64,000 bases of DNA. It comes from Antedon mediterranea. Taxonomy: Eukaryota > Animalia > Echinodermata. The notes under the pieces are model-generated. The model was not told where the DNA came from. It was given only the letters and a program-made list of their open reading frames with translations, and made no database searches. Below are positions 29,022 to 42,509 of the stretch, piece by piece (positions within the stretch are counted from its first letter, which is position 1; every line of letters begins with the position of its first letter). The position numbers were made by a program, and so were the translations under genes. The DNA lies in contig NC_092676.1 in NCBI RefSeq assembly GCF_964355755.1, positions 18,308,871-18,372,870 of the forward strand, given 5' to 3'.

Positions 29022-29791
29022 AATAACTTGAAAATACAATGCTCAAATACAGTACTTCTCACGGGAAACTGAAGGAACGAACTAATCCAATATGTGATAG
29101 ACAATGCATGCCATAGACGTTGGTTTGACCTTCAGTAGGTTGTTCATTGAATTGCATCACCTGTAGCATCAGTATTTTATTTTTAGTTGCCTTATAATTT
29201 AGTGTTGCGCTACAAGTAATGTGCATGTGTGTACACAGCACACATGTATACACAGACGACTGTTGTAGTTTGGGTTTTTTAATTAGACTACAATTGTAAA
29301 ATCACCTTTACTCTTATGAAATTAGGATTTTGGAGATAAATCCTGCCAAAGACATAGAGATTGATTCAACTACTGTGCCAGAATCCATATGTCAAGTTGA
29401 TTGACATGTGTTATGAAATATCTTTCAATTTACACACACATTTATAAACCTAATGCAGTGGACTGTATATTATAAGTCATGAACATAGCTTTGGGAAGTA
29501 TTTGGTAGATTTAAAAAGATGAACTTAAGACATGATCTACAAGTCCCTGTCAATGTTTGTCTACCTTTGCTCTGGCAGTGTGTGTTAACATTTCTATATC
29601 TGTTCCACAATCTTTGTTTCAACATAGCTGGTGCTGCAAACGTTGGTTTAATGAGAAACTAAAATCTGCTACTCATACTTCATTTAACAGTGTTGTTTCT
29701 GCATTTCATACATTGGCCTCAACATTTTTTGTGTGTTAATTTTGGTATAATGGACTATATACTTTTTTTTATATTAAATCTCTCTGTAATA

Positions 29792-30278
29792 GAGGGGTTT
29801 CGCAATCTTACGAATACGATAACGGATATGTCACGCACACGTATTCGTTTTCGTAAGCCATAAAAAAATCTGTTTCGCATGGCAACGAAATATTGAGGCG
29901 TGTCCAAAATATGACTGTGGTAAATTTGAGCGAAGCGCAGGTACGTGTTGCTTGGTGCTTGGCTGCCTAGGCCTAGCGTAACATCAAATCGAGTGAGGAC
30001 TTTAAAAACTGCTATTTATCAAAATTGACTTGGCATTTTAGTAAATTACTTTCAATAAATCTATAATTATATTATAATCATGAATCATTCCTGATTCAAA
30101 TGCAAAATGTGCAAAATAGATCAAAAAATATACTCGTTTTGTAGTTACGAATATGACTGGTGATATTCGTCAACACAAATACGCTTTACGAATATGAAAT
30201 GGGGATCAGCTCAAAAGTTTCACAAATGTATGACGTATCCGTTTTCGTTATCGTATTCGTAAGGTTGCGAAACCTCCC
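29792..30278. mobile_element. MITE, about 490 bp
   Basis: Inverted termini G(A/G)G(G/A)GGTTTCGCAA(T/C)CTTACGAATACGATAACG, flanked by TA on both sides. Confidence 0.8.
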
Positions 30279-30746
30279 TATTGTCTCTGCATTCACTTTA
30301 ATCTTGTAATTTTTCATTTTGTTCTGCTGTGTCTTTAGAGAAAATACACACTTCACACTTACAGTTTATGTGCTCCTAGATCAACTACTGTTAATTGAGT
30401 CTTTTGTATTGTCTGCATGAACCTAATCGGCTTCTTCATTTTGTTCTGCTGTGCCTTTTCACTTAAAATACATTTCATTTTATCACTTTTAACAATAAAA
30501 CAGAACCATAAAGTAAATTTTATTATTAAACAAAGTATAAAAATATTATCTTTTATATTCTTTTGGCTAAAAAATGACTTAATTTTTTGTGTGTAGAACT
30601 ACACAGGAGAATAAACCAGATCCAATATAATATATAAACTTAATTGCTTAAAATAAACATATTTTTCTATCGCTTCTCTATATAACTCCTAGAGGTGGAT
30701 AATTTAAATGTATAAAATATAAAAAAGCATTGGTGGGAGTTTCTTC

Positions 30747-33700
30747 TCAAACTCGTATATTATTGGTATCTTGCTGTAGTTTTATCCATGGAACCCAGTT
30801 GCCACCATGTAACTTGGGGTCTGCATTTAAATCTGCATCTACATTGGCAGCAGGTACAACGGTAGGAAGAATTTCATCAAGCCTTGACTTCAGTTCTGAG
30901 ACAATTTCTGTAAAAGTAAAGATTTCAAAAGCTGTTAATATAATAGCAAAAAATGCATTTTGTATAAAACCTGCACAAAGCAAACATTTATATGATTGTT
31001 GAGTTGGCATTCTGCCTTGTTTAGAGGTAATCTTCTAAATAGTAGGAAGCTTTTGATGTTGATGACCTAGGAACTAGGATAGGTCATTTGGAAGTGCTTC
31101 CTCTACATCTTTTTGATCCAGTCAATGACACAATACTGTAGGCTAGGCCATAGGTTTTAGGTCATGACCTAGGAACTAGGATAGGTCATTTGGAAGTGCT
31201 TCCTCTACGTCTTTTTGATCCAGTCAATGACAATAGGTCATTTAGAAGTGCTTCCTCTACATCTTTTTGATCCAGTCAATGACACAATAGGCTAGGCAAT
31301 AGGTTTTAGGTCATGACCTAGGAACTAGATAGGTCATTTGGAAGTGCTTCGACCTCTACATCTTTTTGATCCAGTCAATGACACAATAGACTAGGCCATA
31401 GGTTTTAGGTCATGACCTAAGAACTAGATAGGTCATTTGGAAGTGCTTCCTCTACATCTTTTTGATCCAGTCAATGACACAATAGGCTAGGCCATAGGTT
31501 GTAGGTCATGACCTAGGAACTAGATAGGTCATTTAGAAGTGCTTCCTCTACATCTTTTTGATCCAGTCAATGACACAATAGGCTAGGTCATAGGTTGTAG
31601 GTCATGACCTAGGAACTAGATAGGTCATTTGGAAGTGCCTCTTCTAATTGTTAGGCCTAAATTAAATGCTTATAAATGTAAATTTGAAACCTTTACTTTC
31701 TATGCCAATATAAAATACTGCAATATTCCTTCTTTTTTATGTATTGCTAATGATGTTGTTCCTGATCGATCATGTCCATCATGTAATGATTCTTACCTGG
31801 ATGGCTATCTGCAATGTTGTAATATTCACATGGGTCATGTTTAACATTGAAGAGGCACGGTGCTTTAAATGGCTGGCAGTTTGTTGTAGCATTATCAGGC
31901 TTAGGAAGACATTCAACTCGTGTAGCTCTTTGATCTGGGTTTACTGAAATGTTGGTACAGTATACAAACTATTTGATAAACTGATTTGAGACAGCTTTGG
32001 AATTCCAGTTCATTGAATCAATTGTACTATTAAGATGCTTATACCGATATTGGACAGAGATTGGTTCCCTGCCATAGATTATTCATCATATTTAATAAGC
32101 ATAATACCAGCCCTAGAGCAATAACACACCCCACCCTCCAAATATATATTAAACCCTTCCCAGTACAATTTCTTGTCAAGTTGATACCACAGGGTATGTG
32201 TTTGGATGCGGTACAAACTCTCTTACTTATTCAAACAATCTTTATTTCATAAAAAAGTTCTGAATCTGAAAAGTACCTACCTTTTTGTTTGCCTTTTGTT
32301 GGATACCAATCATTCCAATCATTAGGCTTAAAGCTATTGACAACCAACTTGTAATCACCTTTTCTCAGTGCAGAGTAGTTCCCAACAGTGTCAATATTAT
32401 GCAGGATCTCCACCCGAGGGCTTTGTTTTCCACTAAAAATTTATTCAATAAATAAGAAATTGCTAAAGCTACTGACACTGACAGTAAATTTAATAAAAAT
32501 ATACTATACCTACCAATGACGCACCAACAGTTTCAAAAGTTTATTGGTAATTCAAATTTAACACTCAATTCCCTATCAATCACAACACCTGTGACACATT
32601 TAGACCCTATTTTATCCTCAGACACATTCATCCATATACATTTTGTTACCCGATGTGGCCGACTAGAGTGTCATAGGTCAGTTGTGAAATGAGTTGTGAA
32701 TGTTATCCGATTCTACAATACAATCAGGAGCACTGTACTGATATTGGTAACTACTGTATTGTGATATGAGATTCCCACTCGCAAGAGAGTTGATCAATCA
32801 CGTAAGCAACAGTTTGGATGATCATAATTGTTTGAGATGCGCTTACGTCCTTGTGTTACACCCAAGTGAGGAACCAAACATTATCAGTGATTAACACTGC
32901 TGCCAATGAGATTGGGTGTCATGACAACCCGAGCACAGTATTGAATGGTTTTAAGCTCTGTCTACACCATCAAAAATTATTTGACAAACAAATGTGATGT
33001 GTCCATATATGTATATGATGTCATATCACTACCATATTTGGGCATATCACTACCAAATTTGGGCTTATCACTACCAAATTTGGGCACATTGTTTTTTTCA
33101 AACTAGTTTGACAGTTTACACTATACCTTGAAACTGTGTCCCACTGATTCATGCCATATATGTTCTTCAAGTTCCTGTCATCACCTCCTGCTAACTGGTA
33201 TATCGTTGGGAACCAATCACAAACATGTATCAATTCTTTTGATACTCTTCCTGGCTTTTTCAACAAAGGGCTATTGACCAAGCCAACCCCACGCACGCCC
33301 CCTTCCCATAAAGTGTGCTTGGAGCCCCGCAGTGGTTCATTACTGGCACAGTTTCCATCAAAACCATTTGCTGGCCCACCATTGTCGGTGGTGAAGATAA
33401 TTACAGAGTTTTCATAAAGACCAGTGGATTTTAAGGTTCTTGTTACGTTGCCAACGCCATCATCTAATGCAGACACCATAGCTAAAATGATTATAAAATG
33501 GAGAAAATATACTGGATAATAATTGATTTAAAGACTGTGTGAGTTTGAATTCTGTAATCAACCAAATGTAATAAATAAGAATCATAGGTCTAAATAACAA
33601 AACCATTCCTCAATGTATAAACACAGCCATACAGTCATTATGCTTCAATGGTTTCAGTAGTTTCAGTGTCACCAATGAACACTCACTGCATGGGGCAGTG

Positions 33701-36700
33701 TTCCACCTTTCAGAGAAGTTTATTGGGAATGCACACTTTTCATCAAAATACTCCTTCACCAGTAGTTCTGGTGGTAAATAAGTACTCTTGGATAAAGACA
33801 CATCTAAGATTTCAATGTACCAAGTTCATCTGTCGGAATAATATGGAGTTACTGGTCATCCCAGCCCTGTCTCCATCATTTCGACAGAAGAACGAGTGCT
33901 ATTTGGTGCCAGCAGTGGCTATGAGCACTCACTGCCCAAAGCCAGGGGCCCCAGAGCATGAGAAGCCTCAATGCAACTACCTAGTGTTGGCGGGCCCCTC
34001 AGGAGTGCAAAACCAGGGGCCTTTGCCACATGCGCTATGCCACTGGGTGGCAGCTCAACATGAAAGGACCCTTAGGGCAGTTGTGTATGTTTGTCAACTG
34101 CTCTTTGAGATGATTATTGAATAAATCAATCCATTATTTATCATGAAAATGAAATGGTAAACAGAGAATGGATCAATCCAGTAAAAAGTTTGAATTTATA
34201 GTTTATGTGAACCTACCTGCAAATATTTGTCTGTCGTCATCACCTATATCTGGAAATCTATCAATGTATTTTTGTGGAGCCTGTAATATCTGATCTGGGT
34301 TACCACTGTGGACAGCTTGGTAAGGTAGATATAGGAACAAAGGCTGTGAGGTGCATTGATGGTAGTATGAAAGAGGAAAATGAGATTATAGAGATTCAAT
34401 CAGGAGGAACAAAGGCTGTGAGGTGCATAATGAGATTAGAGATTCAATCAGGGAGGAAAAAAGGCTGTGAGGTGCATTGATGGTAGTATGAAAGAGGAGC
34501 ATGACCTTAAAGAGTTTGATTACCAGAATGTCATTCCTTTTGGAAGCTCATGCCAGCCAAAGCACTGCAAACCAAGAGGTGTCTACTGGGCTACCCTTTT
34601 TAAAATGATTTTATGTGATGGCCGTTTATGAAAATGGAATAAAAATATTCAGTACAAGAAATTTCATCAGGATGTTTAAGCAGAGAGCAATCCTGAATTG
34701 CGTCTGAACAATTGAACATTTTATGGGAATAACAAAAAAAGCAACCAAACACTTCTGCTTTGTTTACACTATCAAACTAGTGTGATGTGCCCAAATATAG
34801 TAGTGGTATGACATCATTGTATCCATTTTATATGGGCACATCACATTTCTTGTCACATAAGTTTGATAGTGTAGACAGAGCTTTACTGACCTTTGTTGAA
34901 TTGACATGATCCCTAATAATGTTTTCCGCTTGCTCTGTAAATATTTCAGTAGAATATTGGCCGAACACAGGCTTGTAAACTCTGCCATTTTTATGAAAAT
35001 CAAACCCCCATAGCTGTTAAAATTCAACAATATTTATTATTATAAATTCTTGCACATGTAAACATAAAAACAAGTTAGAATTACTGTTGTACCATCCTCA
35101 GTCAGGGGCGGATTCAATGTATGATCAAATTAATAATAATAATAATAATAAACAGTATTTATATAGCGCCTAATGGATCACTGACCCCTCTAGGTGCTTT
35201 ACATAGGACCTTAACAAATTAGAATATGACAATCTGTCCGATTCTTCGCAAAACTCTGTATTGCTAAGCAATTTCGCAAGTTATAATGCAAAAGATAGGA
35301 CATGAAATTTAAGTGTAATAGATAAACTGAATGCTAGAAAAGATTTTGGTCAACCAGCTCATTGCAGATTATGTAGAAAAAAAGTTTAAAATCAGAAGAA
35401 TCATACCAATTTGTTGTCGGCATGAAGATCTGAAGTGTGCTCAAAATAATCCTCCTTTCCAAGGTAGTATCCGAAGGCTGTATCAAACCCTCGTTGCATT
35501 GGCAAGTACTCCTCTGCAAAATGACCTAGGTGCCACTACGAGAACGAGAATAAAGATGTTATATCATCTGCCAATTTTGTTTACACTGATGACAACATGG
35601 TTTCTGATAAGCTGCTTTAGAAAGGTTCAAGGAACTAGATGGAGATTTGGGTTGAATGTGGCGTTAATTTGTCATTTCAGATAAAATATCAGATAAAGAG
35701 AATTGCATTTATATTATGTGTTATGAACAATCAAGAAAGATTACTACTACTAGCATAACAACCAAAACTTCAAGCCCTTCTCAACTTAGAAACCCTCGTT
35801 GCATTAAACTTTACTAGTAGCAGTACAAACCTTTAAACAATATTATTGTACAAACTTATTTTGGTTAAACCATCCGACACATTTTACGTACAAAGTGGGT
35901 TAAAGTTTATGCATCAGCCAATTGGTTTACCTTTCCCACTATGTGGTTTGAATACCCAAGTGTGCGCAAGTGCTCTGCAATGGTGGTCTCATTAGGTCTC
36001 AGACCATAGGGATTTGCTCCTCCAATTGTTCCATGAAACAGGCCTGGAAAAAATTGTTCAACATATGATAGTATTATTCACCTTACTACTCTACCTATCT
36101 GGTGTTATTATGGGGTATGGTTATTATTACCCTATAATAATTGTGTAACTCACTAAACAGAAAATATTTTTCGCCTATAATAAAATCGTAATATATATTA
36201 TTATTACAGCATAATTTTTATACAGTGTACAAACGCATATTAAGACCAAGCCTTCAGGAGAATGGAACCAATGAGGTTGGGCTTGGGGCATGTGCTTTCC
36301 TCTTTTTAAAGCTCAGGTACAGGCATGAATTTTAAAAATAATATTTGGTTAATTGTACATAAATCAAATATTTGTAGCAAAAATCAAGACAAAAAAACAT
36401 GAATTTCCCTTAATATGTTCAAATACTAAATTTTGCAAAATGCTTCCATAAACACCAGAAAGACTTTTTTCAGTAGTTAGGTAGTTAACCTAATGTAATA
36501 ACATGTCTGGTGACTCCCTAGAAGGTGAAAAAAGATGGTGGATATACGGTGGATAATTTTTGCTATAGCATGAAAATAAAAATCTGAAGTTGAATAAAAA
36601 TACTAGAAATGTATATATTCAAGTTATATTACCTATATTTAGTCATCTGATTACATTTTTTACCACAATGTTTATTATTCATAGCTTTTTAAAATGCCTC

Positions 36701-37999
36701 TCTATTTACAAAATTTGTGTACAAAAGAATAGAGATTTTACTGTGTAATTTGAACTGATAAGAAAGTGCTTATTTTCAACAAGCTCGTGTAACAGCACAA
36801 ATAAAATCCCAAAAATTATGAAACATAGGGGAAACTAGATCGATAATTATTGGAATGTATGATCAATAGAAATTTTTATGAACTACTTTTTAGTATCTAT
36901 CAATACAATGTTTAGCACTCCCCTGTGAAAAATCCCTGATCATCCCCTGGACTAGCTTTCTGTATTACCATGTTTTATTTTGGTACGAATTGTGAATGTT
37001 TTCATCATTGTTCTCAACACACACTTACCGGTGTGGATTGGATGCCGACCCGTCAGAAGAGCGCTACGAGTTGGTGTGCAGATGTGCTGTACATAGTAGT
37101 TGGACAGGATGACACCTTCATACGCCAACTGGTCAATATTTGGTGTTGGAATCTGACCAGAACCATGGAAACTAACATCATTCCATCCCTAGATAAAAGG
37201 TTTAAAAACTTTCAAATTTTTTTTTTATTTTGAACAAATGAATTGAAATGTGATCTTTTGTTTCATGTAAATCATTTCTCCTTTTACTTATCTATTTGAA
37301 AAATATACTGTATTATTTTTCCAACACCTATTACCATTTACCAATTATCGACAGAAAAGAAGAAAAATTTGTAATTTCTGTGCGCTATACATTTATTTAT
37401 TTATAACACTAGGTGTGGATGCTGCAGGAAATTTCACTTGGATTAGAATCTTTAGTAAAAAATAGATTGGAATACCAATACTTACTAAATCATCGGCCAC
37501 AATTAGAATAATGTGAGGTTGTTTGTTATTTGCTTTTACAGAACCTAAAATTGTAAACAATAACAAACATAATAACATCTTCAGCGACTGAAAAAGAAAA
37601 GCATATATCTTGGAATTAGTTGATACAATACACACGCACTTCTTTCTATGTTAAAAATATGGTTTTGTAATTGAACACCATGGAGTTGAATAAGGCTTCC
37701 TTTCGGTTTGGACTTAATTTTAATATTTTTAATATTTAGTATCATGCAACCTGTAGTGTAGCCTAGTGTTGCAAGGATTAATATGTTATACAATGCTAAA
37801 TTGGTGCGTGACATACATTCCACTCTATCACACACAGCTAGCTCACAACTAACAACAAAGTAGGAGGGGTACAAAAACAAATAAATCAATGCATCATGCT
37901 ACAAACAACTAAAGAGCTCCACAGACAGAACATCCACTTCGTTTTGTAAAAATCTATTTCTGTGACACTTATGAAAACAGTTAATTGATTACTTACCAT
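30747..37999 (-). CDS. Arylsulfatase B-like sulfatase (ARSB/I/J group), paralogue 1, about 523 aa
   Basis: Exons: 37999-37997 (ATG then gtaagt; alternative ATG at 37578), 37587-37486, 37188-37029, 36043-35931, 35535-35407, 35013-34891, 34343-34217, 33481-33127, 32432-32281, 31943-31797, 30907-30747; 1572 nt in frame with no stops. Signal peptide, [28 protein letters not shown] (formylglycine motif CxPxR), [39 protein letters not shown]. Confidence 0.92.
31064..31640. repeat. Intronic tandem repeat, unit about 100 bp, 5-6 copies
   Basis: Repeated ATGACCTAGGAACTAGATAGGTCATTTGGAAGTGCTTCCTCTACATCTTTTTGATCCAGTCAATGACACAATAGGCTAGGCCATAGGTTTTAGGTC. Confidence 0.95.
33913..34045. mobile_element. hAT-type MITE
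   Basis: Termini CAGTGGC...GCCACTG, flanked by GGTGCCAG / GGTGGCAG (8 bp TSD with 1 mismatch). Same family as 51037-51131. Confidence 0.7.
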
Positions 38000-38081
38000 A
38001 CTAAAGTGTGGTTAATTATTTTGTTTATTGTTCAGAGAGTTAGTAGTGAAGTGATGCATGAGTGATCACGACACGGTGTTA

Positions 38082-38113
38082 TCATGTGACTGTTGATTTG
38101 GTGTATCACATGA
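38082..38113. promoter_or_regulatory. Two inverted M-box/CLEAR-like E-boxes upstream of sulfatase paralogue 1
   Basis: TCATGTGAC at 38082 and TCACATGA at 38106, about 85-115 bp upstream of the ATG. TCATGTGA is the MiT/TFE M-box. Confidence 0.45.
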
Positions 38114-38547
38114 TCAAACAATTGATGTGTAGAGTGAAGTAGAGAGCTATATATCCAATACCAAATTGGCGAGTAAATCATGTTTTACTTTAAATTAAAT
38201 TTATACGCTCTTCCACAAGGTCAATTGTTAGTTATACATACAGACTATATTAAAACAATGATTTTGAACACGTATGGCATTTCTTTGAATTCTTTCCTAT
38301 TGTCGTTTTGTGGTAATTTACAGCTTTTTATATGTTTAACAAACGTACATAATCAATTGCGTCTGCATCATGCTAGACTACAACTTCCGGTAGTGACGTA
38401 ATCAGCATATTTTTGGTAATAAAACTTTTTCACTAAGCTAGGGAATCTTCTGATATCAATATTCATTAGACCGTACTTTAGTTAGCCAATCAAAATAAAC
38501 GTATAAACAATTTTGCGGCGATGTTACATGTTGTTGAGGTAAAATAT

Positions 38548-41500
38548 ACTGTGTTTTACAATAACCAATTTGGTTAGAGTAAAACACAATGATAAAGAAT
38601 AGGAAACATTTAATAATATGATAAATGACATTTACATAGCAATTTATCACTGTGTTTTACTATAACCAATTTGGTTAGAGTAAAACACAATGATAAAGAA
38701 TAGGAAACGTTTAATAATATGATAAATGTCATTACATAGCAATTTATCACTGTGTTTTACTATAACTAATTTGGTTAGAGTAAAACACAATGATATAGAA
38801 TAGGAAACATTTAATAATATGATAAATGACATTTACATAGCAATTTAGCACTGTGTTTTACTATAACCAATTTGGTTACAGTAAAACACAATGATAAAGA
38901 ATAGGAAACATTTAATAATATGATATATGACATTCACATAGCAATTTAGCACTGTGTTTTACTATAACCAATTTGGTTAAAGTAAAACACAATGATAAAG
39001 AATAGGAAACATTTAATAATATGATAAATGACATTTACATAGCAATTTAGCACTGTGTTTTACTATAACCAATTTGGTTAAAGTAAAGCAGAATGATAAA
39101 GAATAGGAATTTAATAATATGATATATGACATTTACATAGCAATTTAGCACTGTGTTTTACTATAACCAATTTGGTTAGAGTAAAACACAATGATAAAGA
39201 ATAGGAAACATTTAATAATAATGATTATTTACATAGCAATTTAGCACTGTGTTTTACTATAACCAATTTGGTTATAGTAAAACACAATGATATAGAATAG
39301 GAAACATTTAATAATATGATAAATGACATTTACATAGCAATTTATCACTGTGTTTTACTATAACCAATTTGGTTATGGTAAAGCACAATGATATAGAATA
39401 GGAAACATTTAATAATATTATGATAAATGACATTTACATAGCAATTTAGCACTGTGTTTTACTATAACCAATTTGGTTATGGTAAAGCACAATGATATAG
39501 AATAGGAAACATTCAATAATATGATAAATGACATTTACATAGCAATTTAGCACTGTGTTTTACTATAACCAATTTGGTTAGAGTAAAACATAATGATAAA
39601 GAATAGAAAACATTTAATAATTTGATAAATGACATTCACATAGCAATTTAGCACTGTGTTTTACTATAACCAATTTGGTTATGGTAAAGCACAATGATAT
39701 AGAATAGGAAACATTTAATAATAATGATTATTTACATAGCAATTTAGCACTGTGTTTTACTATAACCAATTTGATTATGGTAAAACACAATGATAAAGAA
39801 TAGGAAACATTTAATAATAATGATTATTTACATAGCAATTTAGCACAATGTTTTACTATAACCAATTTGGTTAGAGTAAAACACAATGATAAAGAATAGG
39901 AAACATTTAATAATAATGATTATTTACATAGCAATTTAGCACAATGTTTTACTATAACCAATTTGATTAGAGTAAAACACAATGATATAGAATAGGAACA
40001 TTTAATAACATGATAAATGACATTCACATAGAAATTTAGCACTGTGTTTTACTATAACCAATTTGATTAGAGTAAAGCACAATGATAAAGAATAGGAAAC
40101 ATTTAATAATATGATAAATGACATTTACATAGCAATTTAGCACTGTGTTTTACTATAACCAATTTGATTAGAGTAAAGCACAATGATAAAGAATAGGAAA
40201 CATTTAATAATATGATAAATGACATTTACATAGCAATTTAGCACTGTGTTTTACTATAAACAATTTGGTTAAAGTAAAGCAGAATGATAAAGAATAGGAA
40301 TTTAATAATATGATAAATGACATTTACATAGCAATTTAGCACTGTGTTTTACTATAACCAATTTGGTTAGAGTAAAACACAATGATAAAGAATAGGAAAC
40401 ATTTAATAATATGATATATGACATTCACATAGCAATTTAGCATTGTGTTTTACTATAACCAATTTGGTTAGAGTAAAACACAATGATATAGAATAGGAAA
40501 CATTTAATAATTTGATAAATGACATTTACATAGCAATTTAGCACTGTGTTTTACTATAACCAATTTGGTTAAAGTAAAACACAATGATAAAGAATAGGAA
40601 ACATTTAATAATATGATAAATGACATTTACATAGCAATTTAGCACTGTGTTTTACTATAACCAATTTGGTTAAAGTAAAGCAGAATGATAAAGAATAGGA
40701 ATTTAATAATATGATATATGACATTTACATAGCAATTTAGCACTGTGTTTTGCTATAACCAATTTGGTTAGAGTAAAACACAATGATAAAGAATAGGAAA
40801 CATTTAATAATAATGATTATTTACATAGCAATTTAGCACTGTGTTTTACTATAACCAATTTGGTTATAGTAAAACACAATGATATAGAATAGGAAACATT
40901 TAATAATATGATAAATGACATTTACATAGCAATGTATCACTGTGTTTTACTATAACCAATTTGGTTATGGTAAAGCACAATGATATAGAATAGGAAACAT
41001 TTAATAATATGATAAATGACATTTACATAGCAATTTAGCACTGTGTTTTACTATAACCAATTTGGTTATGGTAAAGCACAATGATATAGAATAGGAAACA
41101 TTCAATAATATGATAAATGACTTACATAGCAATTTAGCACTGTGTTTTACTATAAACAATTTGGTTAAAGTAAAACACAATGATAAAGAATATGAAACAT
41201 TTAATAATTTGATAAATGACATTCACATAGCAATTTAGCACTGTGTTTTACTATAACCAATTTGGTTATGGTAAAGCACAATGATATAGAATAGGAAACA
41301 TTTAATAGTAGTTATGATAAATGACATTTACATAGCAATTTAGCACTGTGTTTTACTATAACCAATTTGGTTATGGTAAAGCACAATGATATAGAATAGG
41401 AAACATTTAATAATAATGATTATTTACATAGCAATTTAGCACTGTGTTTTACTATAACCAATTTGGTTATGGTAAAGCACAATGATATAGAATAGGAAAC

Positions 41501-42450
41501 ATTTAATAATATGATAAATGACTTACATAGCAATTTAGCACTGTGTTTTACTATAAACAATTTGGTTAAAGTAAAACACAATGATATAGAATATGAAACA
41601 TTTAATAATTTGATAAATGACATTCACATAGCAATTTAGCACTGTGTTTTACTATAACCAATTTGGTTATGGTAAAGCACAATGATATAGAATAGGAAAC
41701 ATTTAATAATAGTTATGATAAATGACATTTACATAGCAATTTAGCACTGTGTTTTACTATAACCAATTTGGTTATGGTAAAGCACAATGATATAGAATAG
41801 GAAACATTTAATAATAATGATTATTTACATAGCAATTTAGCACTGTGTTTTACTATAACCAATTTGATTATGGTAAAACACAATGATAAAGAATAGGAAA
41901 CATTTAATAATAATGATTATTTACATAGCAATTTAGCACAATGTTTTACTATAACCAATTTGGTTAGAGTAAAACACAATGATAAAGAATAGGAAACATT
42001 TAATAATAATGATTATTTACATAGCAATTTAGCACAATGTTTTACTATAACCAATTTGATTAGAGTAAAACACAATGATATAGAATAGGAACATTTAATA
42101 ACATGATAAATGACATTCACATAGAAATTTAGCACTGTGTTTTACTATAACCAATTTGATTAGAGTAAAGCACAATGATAAAGAATAGGAAACATTTAAT
42201 AATATGATAAATGACATTTACATAGTAATTTATCACTGTGTTTTACTATAACCAATTTGGTTAGAGTAAAACATTTTAACTATGATAAATGATATTTAGC
42301 ACTGTGCTGGATACAGTAAAACACAAATAAAGAATAGGAAACATATAATAATATGATACATTTACATACAAATTTAGTATTGTGTTTTACTATAGCCAAT
42401 TTGGTTACAGTAAAACACAATGATAATGAAACATTTATTATATGATGTTA
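38548..42450 (+). repeat. Satellite array, 101 bp monomer, about 38 copies (left arm)
   Basis: Monomer ACTGTGTTTTACTATAACCAATTTGGTTAGAGTAAAACACAATGATAAAGAATAGGAAACATTTAATAATATGATAAATGACATTTACATAGCAATTTAGC; period measured from 38851 to 38952. Confidence 0.97.
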
Positions 42451-42509
42451 TTTACATAGCAAAATATTATATTAAACATATCTTATTATCTAAACGTTAT
42501 GATAAAGAA

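Noticed and set aside
33610-34124. ORFs inside sulfatase intron 6
   Set aside because: No sulfatase or other recognisable similarity; partly made of a MITE.
30747-37999. Paralogue 1 as a pseudogene (several exons are missing from the ORF track)
   Set aside because: All exons were found by hand with correct phases and no stops.
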